Notes: generated from the sequence alone by a model not told the origin. A stretch of 64,000 nucleotides of DNA from an uncultured Chloroflexia bacterium (GCA_963806265.1 CAWDXT010000022.1:5816-69815), one strand, 5' to 3'; shown: positions 9,531 to 22,440, numbered from the stretch's first letter. Numbers and translations: made by a program.

Positions 9531-10578
9531 GTGACCACCGACATCCTTCCGCCCTTCAGCGACCTCAAGCCGTTGCCGGCGCAGCCCGTGCTGGCCTCGA
9601 CGCCGTCCTGGCCCAGCAAGCCGACGTCGCCGCATATGCGGCCGCTATCGCGCGGCGCGGCCTGCGCAACGTGTTTCTGGTCGGATCAGGCCTTGGCTGC
9701 CGACCCACGAGGGACTCCAGTACCTGCTCGAGACGCGCTCGCGGAAGCTGGCCACGTTCGCGCTCTCCGCCAACGAGTTCATCTATCGAGCACCGGCGGC
9801 GCTTGGCAGCGAGTCGCTCGTGGTCCTGGCTTCGAACACCGGGACGACACCCGAGGTCGTCGAGGCCGCAACGTTTGCCCGGTCGAAGGGCGCCGCCGTG
9901 GCGGCCGTGACGAAGCCGGCTGACAGCCCTCTGGCAGCCGCGGTTGAAAAGGCTTGGACGTACGGCGACGACGAGGGAGTCGGCGACCCGAAGCAGTTCT
10001 CGCTCGCGATGCTCGGCTTGGCGCTCCTGCGCGAGACCGGCGAGATGAGCCCGGACGAGCAGGCTGTCCACCTGCACACGCTCGAGGCCCTGCCCGACGC
10101 CCTGCTCGACGTCCTTCGCCAGGGTGAGGCGCTCAACCACTCCATTGCCCAAGGCTGCAAGGACGCCCCCGTCATCTACGTTATCGGGGCCGGTCCGAAC
10201 TACGCCACGGCCTACTGCCTGGCCATGTGCTACCTGCAGGAGATGCAGTGGCGCGACGCAGCCAGCTTCGACGCGGCCGAGTTCCTGCATGGCGCGATGG
10301 AGGTGGTGGTCGACGACACGGCGGTCATCCAGTACCTCGGCGAGGAGGCGACACGTCCGATCGACGAGCGAGCCAAGCGGTTCCTCGAGCGGTACACGAA
10401 GCGCGCCTTCTTCGTTGACGCCAGGGACTTCGCACTGCCGGGCATCGCCGACAGCGAGCGGCCATTTGCCTCGCACTTCGTGCTGATGGCGCTCATGAGT
10501 CGCCTGTCCCAGCACTTCGAAGCCGTCTCCGGCCACAACCTCAAGAACCGCCGCTACATGTTCAAGGTCGAGTACTAA
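9531..10578 (+). CDS. SIS-domain deglycase (FrlB-like, fructosamine-6-phosphate deglycase family) paralog 2, at least 2 frameshifts
   Basis: A GGAGAGGAG RBS precedes GTG 9531. The N-terminus ...AAIARRGLRNVFLVGSG and the middle LQYLLETRSRKLATFALSANEFIYRAPAALGSESLVVLASNTGTTPEVVEAA are in shifted frames. The C-terminal domain ORF 9820..10578 ends NRRYMFKVEY*, compared with E. coli FrlB ...ERRYYGGLVEY*. Confidence 0.7.
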
Positions 10579-10580
10579 CG

Positions 10581-11443
10581 ATGAAGCTGGCCGGCGTCGG
10601 CGACAACGTCGTCGATCGGTACCGGGATCTCGGGACGATGTATCCCGGGGGCCAGGCGCTGAACGTCGCCGTCTACGCGCATCGGGCAGGGATCCCGACC
10701 GCGTACGTCGGGGTGCTGGGCGACGATGCCGCAGGGGCGCATGTGCTCGGCGCGATCCGATCGGAGGGCGTGGACGCCTCCCACCTGCGTGTCGTCCCAG
10801 GCCCCAACGCGTACGCGGAGGTCTCCCACACCGGCGGCAACCGGGTGTTCGTGGGCCACGACGCGGGCGTCTCCAAGTTCCGGCTCACCCCGGCCGACCT
10901 CGACTTCCTGTCGGGATTTCGACCTCATCCACAGCAGCGAGTCCAGCTACCTCGAGTCCCAGCTCGATCTCGCCGCGACCGCACCGGTCTCGTTCGACTT
11001 CTCGGTTCGGGACCAGGCGTACGTCGACCCGCTGCTGCCCTACGTATCGATCGCCGAGTTCAGCCTGCCCGACTTCGATGACACCCACGCTGAAGCGTGG
11101 CTCGAGCGCGTCCAACGCCTCGGCCCGCGATTGGTGCTCGGCGACGCGTGGCGCAGCCGACACGCTGCTGTTCGACGGCAGCCGGCTGTGGCGCCAGCCT
11201 GCGGTCCCCACCGAGATCGTCGACACGCTCGGCGCTGGCGACGCATTCATCGCCCGGTTCCTGGCCGGCGTGGTGCGCGCGGAGCCATTCGAGTCAGCAC
11301 TCGCTGCCGCGGCCATATCGGCAGCCGAGACATGCCGCGCCTTCGGCGCGTTTGGCTACGGGACGAAGGACCGTCCGAGCGGTCCGGCACGCCCGGAGGA
11401 GCAGATCGTGTCGGGGCTGCCGACAGGTCAGACACAACCTTGA
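10581..11443 (+). CDS. PfkB-family fructosamine/fructoselysine 6-kinase (FrlD-like), 2 frameshifts
   Basis: MKLAGVGDNVVDRYRDLGTMYPGGQALNVAVYAHRAGIPTAYVGVLGDD matches the FrlD N-terminus MKTLATIGDNCVDIYPQL..GGNAVNVAVY. The middle DLIHSSESSYLESQLDLAATAPVSFDFS is in ORF 10726. The C-terminus TEIVDTLGAGDAFIARFLAG is in ORF 11078..11443. Confidence 0.75.
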
Positions 11444-11457
11444 GGAGGAGCGAAGGG

Positions 11458-12840
11458 ATGACTCACCAGGCCGGCACGAACCGGCATCGACGGGCGTTTG
11501 CCAGCTTCCTCGCGGCCGCAGCGATCATCGTCGCCGCGTGCGGGAGCAGCTGGACCTTAAATGCCCCCACCAGCGTACCCGCAACCACCGGCACCACCGA
11601 GTCGATGGCGCCCGAATCAGCGGCGCCCGCGCTCGAGGGCACAATCAGCTTCCTGCACAAGTACGGTGACCCACGCTACACGCCGTACTTCGACAGCGTC
11701 GTCGCCGACTATGAGGCGGCGAACCCGGGGGTCAAGATCGACGTCACCGCCGAGACGGACCAGGGCGTCAAGGACAAGCTGCGCGTTCTTGCGGCATCCA
11801 ACACCCTGCCCGACATCTACTTCTCGTGGGCCGGTGACTTCACCAAGAAGTTCGTGCGCGCGAACCTCGCCAAGGACCTGAGCGGCGACGTGACAGGCGA
11901 CTGGCAGAGCAGCTTCACGCCGGCGGCCCTCGACGCCTACACGTACGACGGCAAGCTCTACGGCGTGCCGATCACGCTCGACGCCAAGTACCTCGTCTAC
12001 AACCAGAAGATGTTCGACGACAACGGCATCACCGTGCCGACCACGCTCGAAGAGCTGCTCTCGGCGTGCGACGCCTTCACCGCCAAAGGGATCAGCGAGC
12101 CGATCGCGTTCGGCAACCAGTTCGGCTGGCCGGCGATCCACTTCATGACCCAGCTCAACGCCTACTTCGTGCCCGATGACGTCCGCGCCAAGGACTACGA
12201 TCCGGCCACGGGCGAGTTCACCGACCCGGATATCTGCAGGCCCTGCAGGCATTCGCCGACATCAACAGCCACTGCCTGACACAGGGCGCGAACGGCATCT
12301 CGCACGAGAATGCCCAGGCCAACTTCCTCAACAGCACCAAGCCCATGCACTACATCGAGGCCGTGGAGTTCCAGGTCCTGACCGAGGCCGGCGGCGCCCC
12401 CGCGGACATCGCCAACAACTGGGCCTTCATCAAGCTGCCAGCGCCGGCGAACGCGCCCGGCGACACCGGCGCCCTGGAAGGCGCCCCCGACGGCTTCCTC
12501 GTCAACGCCAGCTCGCAGCATCCCGAGATCGCCATGGACTTCCTCAAGTACCTGACCAGCCTGCCGAACGCGCAGAAGCTAACCCAGGACCTCGGGTGGC
12601 TCAGCCCGGTGATCGGCTCGGCCACGGCTGACAACACCTTCCCCCAGAACGTCCAGGTGGTCGACGACATCTCCAAGGCGTCGACGCATGGCCATCTGGC
12701 TCGATACCGTGACCAACATCGACGTCGCCAATGCCTATCTCGACGGCGTCCAGGCGATGCTCGACGGCACCAAGACGGCTGAAGACGTCCTTGCCGACGT
12801 CCAGGCCGCCGCGGCCAAGGCGCAGACCGCCGCCGAATAG
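11458..12840 (+). CDS. ABC transporter solute-binding lipoprotein (CUT1 sugar family, FrlO-like), 2 frameshifts
   Basis: A GAGGAGGAG RBS precedes the ATG at 11458. The signal peptide has a lipobox (IIVAACGSS). Typical SBP sequence follows: ...LPDIYFSWAGDFTKKFV...KLYGVPITLDAKYLVYNQKMF. Frame switches are near 12235 and 12690. The C-terminus ...VLADVQAAAAKAQTAAE* ends at 12840. Confidence 0.75.
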
Positions 12841-12917
12841 CACCTCCTCCGCGCGGGAGGGGATGACGGCACCGCCGCATCCCCTCCCTCCCCAGATTCT
12901 CGACGGAGAGCAACGAG

Positions 12918-13804
12918 ATGCCCGGATCCACCAGGCTCGGCCGTTGGTCGATGCTCCTGTGGGTGGCCCCCGCCGTGGTGCTGCTCACCGTCTTCGTCTA
13001 CTACCCGGTCGTCGAGAACCTCCGCCTCAGCCTGTACCGGTTCAGTCCGTTCACCCCCGAGACGTTCGTCGGGCTCGAGAACTACCAGCGCATGGCCGCC
13101 GACCCAGTGTTCTGGGGTGCGCTGTTCAACAACGTCGCGTACGCGGTCGTCTCGGTGGTCTGCCAGGTGTTCGGCGGCATGGACCTCGCTGCTGTGCTCG
13201 AGGAGATCGTCCGGGGCCGCCTCCGGGGACTCCTGCGCACCATCTACTTCATCCCGGCGGTGCTGTCGCTCACGGTCGTTGCCTCCTGTTCACGTTCGTG
13301 TACAACCCGCAGATCGGGCTCGTGAACGGCTTTCTCGGCCTCGTCGGGCTCGACTCCTGGAACACTCCTGGCTGGGCGAATCCACTACCGCCATCTGGTC
13401 GATCATCGCGATGAGTCAGTGGCAGTCGATCGGATACGTGGCGGTGCTGTTCATCGTCGCGATGCAGCGGATACCACGAGCTCGTACGAGTCCGCCTACC
13501 TCGATGGCGCTTCGAGGGTACAGTCGTTCCGCCATATCACGACGCCGCTCGTCCGTGAGATGACCCTGCTGGCGATGATCATCACGGTCTCGGGCGCGTT
13601 CCTCGTGCTCAACGAGGTCTGGGTCATGACGGCCGGCGGTCCCAACAACTCGAGCCACACGCTTGCGTCATGGCTGTACAAGTCGGCGTTCTTCAACGAT
13701 CAGATGGGCTACGCGGCGGCGGTCGCCGTGATCATCTTCCTGATACGATGACCGCGGCCATCGCGCAGCTGTTCCTCAATCGCGGCAAGACGGTGCAGTA
13801 CTGA
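12918..13804 (+). CDS. ABC transporter permease (FrlN-like, MalF/UgpA type), at least 3 frameshifts
   Basis: MPGSTRLGRWSMLLWVAPAVVLLTVFVYYPVVENLRLSLY, then IYFIPAVLSLTVV, then (shifted) LLFTFVYNPQIGLVNGFLGLVGLDSWN, then IWSIIAMSQWQSIGYVAVLFIVAMQRIP, then ESAYLDGASRVQSFRHITTPLVREMTLLAMIITVSGAFLVLNEVWVMTAGGPNNSSHTLASWLYK, then TMTAAIAQLF*. The stop TGA overlaps the next ATG (TGATG). Confidence 0.7.
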
Positions 13805-14669
13805 TGTCGTCGCAGACGAGCAGCCCGACGCAGCATTACGGCGGCGGGGTGGGCGCGGCGATCAGCCGGGTGATCGCGTACCTGATCCTCATCGTCCTGG
13901 CGAGTTGCCATCCTCTACCCGCTCGCCTGGGCGGTGCTCAACGGCTTCAAGTCGAACCTCGAGCTGTTCCGCTACCTGTGGGGCCTGCCGAGCTCGCTGC
14001 GCTGGGAGAACTACCAGAGAGCCTGGGACCTCTGGGGCTGTCCGCTACCTGCTCAACAGCGGGATCGCGACCGGCGCCTCCGTGGTTGCGGTCATCCTGT
14101 TCAGCTCGATGGCCGCGTACGCGCTGACGCGCTACCGGATCCCGTTCGCCGGGGCGATCACGGTGATCCTGCTGGGGGGCATGATGCTGGCCCTGGTCGT
14201 GGCCCTGATCCCCCTGTTCCGGCTCCTCCAGGCCATCGGGATCTTCAACACCTACTGGGCCCTGATCGTGCTGTACACCGCCTTCCAGATCCCGTTCACG
14301 GTGTTCCTCATCCGCGCCTACATGATCACGTTGTCGCGCGAGATGGAGGACGCCGCGATCGTGGATGGCGCCAGCACGTGGCAGATCTTCTGGATGGTGA
14401 TCATGCCCCTGTCGCGCCCGATCATCGTGTCTGCGGCACTGCTCCAGGCGCTATTCTCGTGGAACGAGTTCGCATTCGCCCTGGTGTTCATCAACGACAC
14501 CGATCTCAAGACCTTGCCCGTCGGTCTGCTGCAGATGCAGGGTCGCGTCCTGTCCGACTGGCCGGTGCTGTTCGCGGCGCTGGTGATCGCGTCGATCCCC
14601 ATGATCCTGCTGTTCCTGATCGGTCAGCGCCAGTTCATCCGCGGTCTGTCCGAGGGGTTCGGCAAGTAG
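13804..14669 (+). CDS. ABC transporter permease (FrlM-like, MalG/UgpE type), 2 frameshifts
   Basis: MSSQTSSPTQHYGGGVGAAISRVIAYLILIVLA, then (shifted) ILYPLAWAVLNGFKSNLELFRYLWGLPSSLRWENY, then VRYLLNSGIATGASVVAVILFSSMAAYALTRYRIPFAG...EAA-loop-like FTVFLIRAYMITLSREMEDAAIVDGAS...LIGQRQFIRGLSEGFGK*. Confidence 0.75.
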
Positions 14670-14718
14670 CGAGGTGGCCTGGCGCCCGGCATCGCAGCCG
14701 GGTAGGCTCGCGAAGGAC

Positions 14719-15793
14719 ATGACACGGCGAGAGTCCTCAGAGCACGCGACGCTCGCTGACGTCGCCCGTGCCGCCGGTGTGTCGCGCGCGACGGCGGCCC
14801 GCGTGCTGGGCGGCTACGGCAGCGCCAGCGCCGACGCGCGGCAGCGGGTGCTGGACGCAGCGCTTGCGCTCCGGTACCGGCCCAACGCCCTTGCCCGGAG
14901 CATCCGGCTGGGCACGACGGGGACCGTCGGCTCGTCGTATCGGATATCCAGCTCGCGTTCTTAGGCGGTGCGCGGCATCAGCGATACGGCCCACGAGGCT
15001 GGATTCGAGGTCCTCCTCGCGAACACCGACGAGCAGCTGGCCGCCGAGCGGCTGCCGTCGGCGTGATGGTGGACAAGCGGGTGGACGGCATGATCGTGGT
15101 ACCCGCGGACCCGTTCGACACGGCGCACCTGCAGGAGGCACAGGATCGAGGCATCCCGATCGTGCTGTTCGACCGCTCCGCCCCCGACATCCGATGCGAC
15201 ATGGTGGTGGTCGACAACGCCATGGCCGTTCGCAACGCGGTGCAGCACCTCGTGCGCCTGGGGCATCGACGAATCGCGATCGTGGTCGAGGCGTCCACCT
15301 CGATACCGGCCGCCGAGCTGCTCAACGGGCACCCTCATCTCGAGCACGGCCTCACGAGCGCCCTTCGGGAGATCGGCTGGTCGATCGCCCTGCGTGAGGC
15401 CGAGCTGCCGGTCACGGAGGAGCTCATCCTGCGTGCGCGGTACGACCGGGCCGACGCCTGCCGGGTCACCTCGGCTGCGCTGGCATCGGCCGAGCGGCCC
15501 ACCGCGCTCCTCACCACCGACGAGGCGATGACCTGGGCGTGCTCGACGCGATCCGTGCGGCCGGTCTTGAGATGCCCCGGGACGTGTCCTCATCGGGTTC
15601 GAGCGACGTTCCCTGGACCTCGATCACGCCGGCCGGCCCTGTCCGCCATCGCGCAGCCGGTGCACGACATCGGGCGTACGGCCGCCGAGCGGCTTCTCAC
15701 GCGCGTCGCGGGCTCGGATGCCGCTCCCGAGACGATCGTCCTGCGAACGACGCTGATGATCCGGGGATCGACCGGTCTGCTCCGGCCATCTGA
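14719..15793 (+). CDS. LacI-family transcriptional regulator, at least 3 frameshifts
   Basis: The HTH is ATLADVARAAGVSRATAARVLGGYGSASADARQRVLDAALALRYRPNALARSIR. The periplasmic-binding-fold core is in ORF 15063 (VDGMIVVPADPFDTAHLQEAQDRGIPIVLFDRS...ALLTTDEAMT). Then LGVLDAIRAAGLEMPRDVS and ...TIVLRTTLMIRGSTG follow, with a stop reached only after a last frame change near 15790. Confidence 0.7.
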
Positions 15794-15821
15794 CGGCGAC
15801 CCCAGCGTCGGAGACACACGC

Positions 15822-16554
15822 ATGCTCGGCTGCTACCTCGACACCCTGACCTGGCCTCGAGGCCGAGGACGCGCTGCGGCGGTATCCGGTCGTGGTCCTG
15901 CCCATCGGCGCCCGGACCAAGGAGCACGGACGACACCTGCCGCTCAACAACGACTGGCGCATGGCCGAGTACCTCGCGGGTCGCGTCGCCGAGCGCTCCC
16001 GGGTGCTCGTCCTGCCCACGCTCCAGTACGGCTACTACCCGGCATTCCTCGAATATCCGGGCTCGGTCTCGCTGTCGCTCGAGACCATGCGCGACACCGT
16101 GGTCGAGATCTGCCGGAGCCATGCCCGGCACGGCGCCCGTCGCTTCTACGCGCTCAACACGGGGATCAGCACCCTTCGTGCGCTGCGACCCGCCGCGGAG
16201 CTGCTCGGTGAGGACGGCTTGACGTTTGCGTATACCGATATCGAGGAGGCGGGCGCAGGTGCGGTCGCCGGGCTCGTCACCCAGTCGGCGGGGACGCACG
16301 CCGACGAGATCGAGACCTCGATGATGCTCTACATCGCGCCCGAGACCGTCCGCATGGAGCTCGCCGAGCCCGATGTGCATCCGGCCGCGGCACCCGGCCC
16401 GCTCACCCGGTCACCCGATCCGGAACGGGGCATCTACTCCCCGACGGGTGCCTATGGCGACCCGACCGCGGCCACGCGCGACAAGGGCGAGCGGATCGTG
16501 GAGGCGATGGTCGATCACATCGTCGGCTTCCTGGACACGTTCGCCGGCTCCTGA
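15822..16554 (+). CDS. Creatininase (creatinine amidohydrolase) family protein, one frameshift near the N-terminus
   Basis: MLGCYLDTLTWP shifts to EAEDALRRYPVVVLPIGARTKEHGRHLPLNNDWRMAEYLA...THADEIETSMMLYIAPETV. This is the typical creatininase-fold metal-site region. The 3' part is ORF 15892..16554. Confidence 0.7.
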
Positions 16555-16690
16555 CCTCCCTCCTGCCGGTCGGCCGCCCAACCCCTGAGTCCGGCCGGCA
16601 CCCGGGACCCGGCAGCGTTGACCGTCCATACTCTGCGCGTGACAGTGCCCTGATGCCGGGCGCATCTGAGCTCCAAACCCGAGGTGTCCG

Positions 16691-17278
16691 ATGGCCGAGG
16701 TCCTGCTGTTCCACCACGCCCAGGGACTGACGCCCGGCGTGCGTGCGTTCGCCGACCAGCTCCGCGCGGCCGGTCACACCGTTCACAGCCCGGACCTGTT
16801 CGACGGGCGAACGTTCGATAGCATCGACGGTGGCATGGCGTTCATCGAGGCGACCGGGTTCGATGCGCTCCGTGAGCGCGGCGTCCGCGCCGCGGATGAC
16901 CTGCCCGAGGCGCTCGTGTATGCCGGCTTCTCGTTCGGCGTCATGCCCGCCCAGCAGCTGGCACAGACGCGGCCCGGCGCCCGTGGAGCGTTGCTGTTCC
17001 ACGCCTGCCTTCCCATCACTGGCGAGTGGGCGTTCGGTCCCTGGCCCGACGGCGTTCCGGTCCAGATCCACGGGATGGACGCGGATCCGATCTTCGTCGG
17101 TGAGGGAGACGTCGATGCGGCGCGCGAGATCGTTGCCGCGGCCGGCGATGCAGAGCTGTTCCTGTATCCCGGCGACCAGCACTACTTCGCGGACAGCTCC
17201 CTGCCCTCGTACGACGCCGACGCGGCCGCCCTGCTGACCCGGCGGGTGCTCGCGTTCCTCGACCGGGTGGCAGGCTGA
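16691..17278 (+). CDS. Dienelactone hydrolase family protein
   Basis: Intact 195-aa ORF, alpha/beta hydrolase-like (MAEVLLFHHAQGLTPGVRAFADQLRAAGHTVHSPDLFDG...). Confidence 0.8.
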   Translation: MAEVLLFHHAQGLTPGVRAFADQLRAAGHTVHSPDLFDGRTFDSIDGGMAFIEATGFDALRERGVRAADDLPEALVYAGFSFGVMPAQQLAQTRPGARGALLFHACLPITGEWAFGPWPDGVPVQIHGMDADPIFVGEGDVDAAREIVAAAGDAELFLYPGDQHYFADSSLPSYDADAAALLTRRVLAFLDRVAG

Positions 17279-17502
17279 TCGGTGCTGCACCTCACCTGAT
17301 CGGGACACTCAGCATGGGCCAACCTGCCCCGCGCATGGTGACATGCGTACTTGCGCAACTACGCAACAGTACGTACGCTCACGCTGCGCCGCTGCCTCAG
17401 GAGGCGCCGGCGCGCGCACCTCGCAGCCCGCGGGTGGCGCCGCCCAGCATGACGACTCCCCGTCGACGCACGCACCGACGGGCACACGACGAGGTTCGAA
17501 CG

Positions 17503-17901
17503 ATGGAGATGGTCATCGACTTCCCGGGCGGGGCCCGCGTCGACGCGCACTTCGGACCCTACGTGGTCCCAACGGACCAGCCCCCGATGGGCGGCGGGTC
17601 CGGGTCCGCGCCGACTCCATTCGCGACCTTCCTCTCGACGATCGGGACCTGCGCCGGGATCTACGTGCTCGGCTTCTGCCGGCAACGGGGCATCGCCACC
17701 GATGGGATCCGGCTCGTCCAGCAGATGGAAACCGATCCGATCACGCACCTGGTCCGGGACGTGAAGGTCACGATCGAGCTTCCGGATGGTTTCCCCGAGA
17801 AGTATCGCGAGGCCGTCGTGCGCTCGGCCGAGCAGTGCGCGGTCAAGAAGCACTTCGAGCAGCCGCCCACGATCCGCGTCGAGAGCGTGCTCGCCGCCTG
17901 A
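17503..17901 (+). CDS. OsmC/Ohr family peroxiredoxin-like protein
   Basis: An internal ATG with a GAGG RBS starts MEMVIDFPGGARVDAHFGPYVVPTDQPPMGGGSGSAPTPFATFLSTIGTCAGIYV... Confidence 0.8.
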   Translation: MEMVIDFPGGARVDAHFGPYVVPTDQPPMGGGSGSAPTPFATFLSTIGTCAGIYVLGFCRQRGIATDGIRLVQQMETDPITHLVRDVKVTIELPDGFPEKYREAVVRSAEQCAVKKHFEQPPTIRVESVLAA

Positions 17902-17903
17902 GG

Positions 17904-18300
17904 TCAGCTCAGGACCGGGTCCTCCCGACGGTGGGTCGCCGCCACTGCATCGAGGTCGGCGGCGCTGAACGCGTTGTGTGACGCCTGCGCGATTCGGACC
18001 CGCGTCGCCGCCCGCAGCGTCGCGGTCCGGACGCCACCCTCGAGGGCGGCCCGCTCCCCGACGACGGCGCCGGGCCCGATCTCGGCGACCGGCTCGCCGT
18101 CGACCTCGACCGCGAGCATGCCGTCGAGGATCGAGGTAGACACGTCCGTGCCGGGCTCGCCCTGGGTGACCAGGGTCTCGCCCGACCGCAATCGTCCGGA
18201 TCGTCGGGTTTCGGCCGCCGTGCATGATCGCGGTCGACAGGCGGCCGCTCCATCTCGGACTCGACGGCGCTGACGACGGCCGGCGAGTCGCAGGTCGCCC
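17904..18300 (-). CDS. Cyclic-nucleotide-binding (cNMP/Crp-like) domain protein; N-terminus frameshifted and possibly continuous with the upstream ORF
   Basis: RLRSGETLVTQGEPGTDVSTSILDGMLAVEVDGEPVAEIGPGAVVGERAALEGGVRTATLRAATRVRIA is the classical cNMP-binding beta-roll signature. One extra G in GGG near 18200 would join it to the frame of the gene that ends at 18313. Confidence 0.5.
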
Positions 18301-18312
18301 CACGGCGTCTGG

Positions 18313-18925
18313 TCACCGAACGACGTCGTTGAACCACTTCTTGAAGTCGACGAGCCCGGACTTCTCGACCAGCGCGCCGTCGTCGTCATAGATCCAGTGG
18401 CGCGGGAACGGGCTGGCGCCGACGAGGCCGCGGCTCGACGTGCCGTCGGCGTTGATCGTCAGCTCGAGCGTCGTCCAGGCGATCGACGGCCAGAACTGAA
18501 CGAACGGCTTGCGCGGCACCGGCCGCGGCGTCGGGCAGGCCCATCCGGCCGCCGACCGTCTGGACGAAGCGGGCGGCCGTCCCGCCGACCTCCGGCTCAT
18601 GCTGGATGTCCGGCAGGTGGACGGCCGGGAACCGGATCGCGGCCGGGCCCGACGCGGACCGTCGTGGCGCCGATGTGGCCGCTGGCCGAGGTAGCCGGCG
18701 TCGACGATGCGCCCGTCCTCGACCTCGATGAACGCCCGCAGCTCGTTCGCCTCGCGGAAGCGGTCGGTCCGCCGGAGCTCCTCGATGTCGTCGATCATGC
18801 TCGGGCGGCGGCTGGTCGTAGTGGGTGACGCCCAGCTCGAACGGGATCTTGGAGCGGCCCTCGATCGCCTCGGACGGGATCCAGGAGATGGCGGTGACAC
18901 TGGACTCGAACCGCAGGCGGCTCAT
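18313..18925 (-). CDS. Hypothetical protein (unrecognised family), at least 2 frameshifts
   Basis: MSRLRFESSVTAISWIPSEAIEGRSKIPFELGVTHYDQPPPE, then IDDIEELRRTDRFREANELRAFIEVEDGRIVDAGYLGQ, then PFVQFWPSIAWTTLELTINADGTSSRGLVGASPFPRHWIYDDDGALVEKSGLVDFKKWFNDVVR*. These protein-like segments lie in three frames. Confidence 0.45.
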
Positions 18926-19038
18926 GGGGTGCACCTCGTGGTGGGACGCTGGCCGGCACAGCATGAGGCAATCCGGCCCCGGCGTCATGGGAGACCGGTC
19001 CCACCCCGCCAGACGGGCCGGCACCCGGTCCCACCCCT

Positions 19039-19998
19039 TCAACACAGGGCTTCGATGGCCTCGCGGGTGACCGGCCGGTCGATGATCTCGCGCACCCACG
19101 CCTCGTTGTCGGCACGCTCGGCGTCGTCCCTCGCCGCCAGCCATCGACGACAGCCCTCCTCGGCGATGTGGGCCAGCTGCGCGACCGGCATCGCAAAGTC
19201 GGTCGGTGCATCCACGCGCGCCGGACCGCCCGCATCCGCGTAGGCGCTCCTGATCGCTGCGGCTCGGTCCGGATCCCGATCGGCGTACTCGAGCAGCACC
19301 GCAGCCAGCTCCCCTGCCGGGTCGGCGAGTCCGGCGTTGTCGAAGTCGATCACGCACAGCTCGCCATCGACGGCCCGTCGCACGTTGTCGGCCCACAGGT
19401 CCCGGTGGCAGGTGCGCAGCGTCTTCGGCGGATGCCCGAGCAGACCCTCGAGGTGGATCAGCTCCGCCACCGGCCCGGCAAGCTCATCCGCGAAGGGCGC
19501 GCCTCGAGCCCCCAGCGCACGCAGCACCTCGTTCCATCGCTCGGGGCCCACCGGCGCCTCGTACCAGGGGTCACGCCCGGTTGTTCCCAGGAACTCCACC
19601 CGATGCAGCGCGGCGAGCAGGCGACCCAGGGCCAGCGGGTCGAGAGCCAGGTCCGGCGGACGCAGGTCGACCCACGACTGGACGGTGACGCGAACCTCAT
19701 CGAGGTGGCCGACGACCTCGCCGCTGGTGGTGCGGCAGATGCGCGGGGTCGGAACGCCGTCGCGGAGCGCCGCAGCCTGGAAGGCTGCGCCATCGATCAC
19801 CTCTGCCAGGTCACCGTCCGTGATCTCGTCGTCGATCGGCTTGACGGCCCATCGCCCGCGATCGGTCTCGAGCCGCCAGACGGCTCCCACGCGTCCTTCC
19901 CCGATCGGCCTCTCCGACAGCCGGCCGCGGGCCCCCAGGTCGAAGCAGGCCAGCAGCGCGGGAACATGGTCAGCCCCCAGCGCGACGCGACGAGCCAT
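19039..19998 (-). CDS. Aminoglycoside/antibiotic phosphotransferase (APH) family kinase
   Basis: Intact 319-aa ORF. ...[31 protein letters not shown] is the HxDxxxxN...D catalytic loop of the phosphotransferase enzyme family. Confidence 0.8.
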   Translation of the reverse strand: MARRVALGADHVPALLACFDLGARGRLSERPIGEGRVGAVWRLETDRGRWAVKPIDDEITDGDLAEVIDGAAFQAAALRDGVPTPRICRTTSGEVVGHLDEVRVTVQSWVDLRPPDLALDPLALGRLLAALHRVEFLGTTGRDPWYEAPVGPERWNEVLRALGARGAPFADELAGPVAELIHLEGLLGHPPKTLRTCHRDLWADNVRRAVDGELCVIDFDNAGLADPAGELAAVLLEYADRDPDRAAAIRSAYADAGGPARVDAPTDFAMPVAQLAHIAEEGCRRWLAARDDAERADNEAWVREIIDRPVTREAIEALC

Positions 19999-20010
19999 GG
20001 CGTCGGTGCC

Positions 20011-21691
<1,681 letters not shown>

Positions 21692-21750
21692 GGCGTTCAA
21701 GGGTACGGGGTCTGCCGCTCGTCGCGGGAACCACGCAGCAGGAGGGTCGA

Positions 21751-21943
21751 CTTGCGCCCCACCCGGATCGTCGTTGCGCTGCTCCTCGCCTTCGTCGGGC
21801 TGGTGTGGCTGGGGCAAGGTGTCGGCCTGATCGGCGGCAGCATGATGACCGGCAGCAGCTTCTGGGCCGCGGTCGGCGCGCTGCTGCTGGCGCTGGCGCT
21901 CGTCGTCGCGGTGGTCGAGTACCGAGCCTCGCGGCCCCAGTGA
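21751..21943 (+). CDS. Hypothetical small membrane protein
   Basis: A TTG/GTG start follows AGGAGGG. It encodes two hydrophobic helices (LRPTRIVVALLLAFVGLVWLGQGVGLIGGSMMTGSSFWAAVGALLLALALVVAVVEY). Confidence 0.3.
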
Positions 21944-21986
21944 CGGCGCTGAGGCTTCAGACGCCGCCGGCCCAGGCTGGACCTGC

Positions 21987-22440
21987 TCAGATCGTCACCA
22001 GCACCTTGCCCATCGCCCGACCCTCGTCAACGTAGCGGAGCGCGTCGGCAGCCTCCGTCAGCGGATACCGTCGGTCGATGACGGACCGAACGGCCCCGCG
22101 ATCGATCATCGCCAGCAGGTCGGCGACCGCATCCGGATCGAACGGTCGCCACCAGTAGGCCATGCCCAGCCGCCGGCTCGTGGCGAGCGACACGACGGGC
22201 CCGACCAGCAGCGACTCCACGAGCGACGGCGTGGTTCCACCGAGCGTCACGTACACGCCGCCCGGCCGGAGCGCCCGACAAATCCGCAGGATCGGGTGGT
22301 GGGACTCGACCCCGAAACTGATGTCGATGTCGCTCGTTGGCTCGCACCGATCGTAAGCGGTGCGTAAGGGTCGGCGTATAGCCTTCGCCGCAGCCCCGGA
22401 TCCGGACCGCGCTCGACCTTGAGGCGAGCCAGCGGGCGAC
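21987..22440 (-). pseudogene. C-terminal remnant of a zinc-type MDR (quinone oxidoreductase/alcohol dehydrogenase) gene; the N-terminal catalytic domain is absent here
   Basis: The ORF tail reads ...SLRALRPGG-like ICRALRPGGVYVTLGGTTPSLVESLLVGPVVSLATSRRLGMAYWWRPFDP...LTEAADALRYVDEGRAMGKVLVTI*. Upstream there are only degenerate Rossmann-like pieces in shifted frames. No GxGxxG or N-terminal domain is contiguous with it. Confidence 0.55.
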
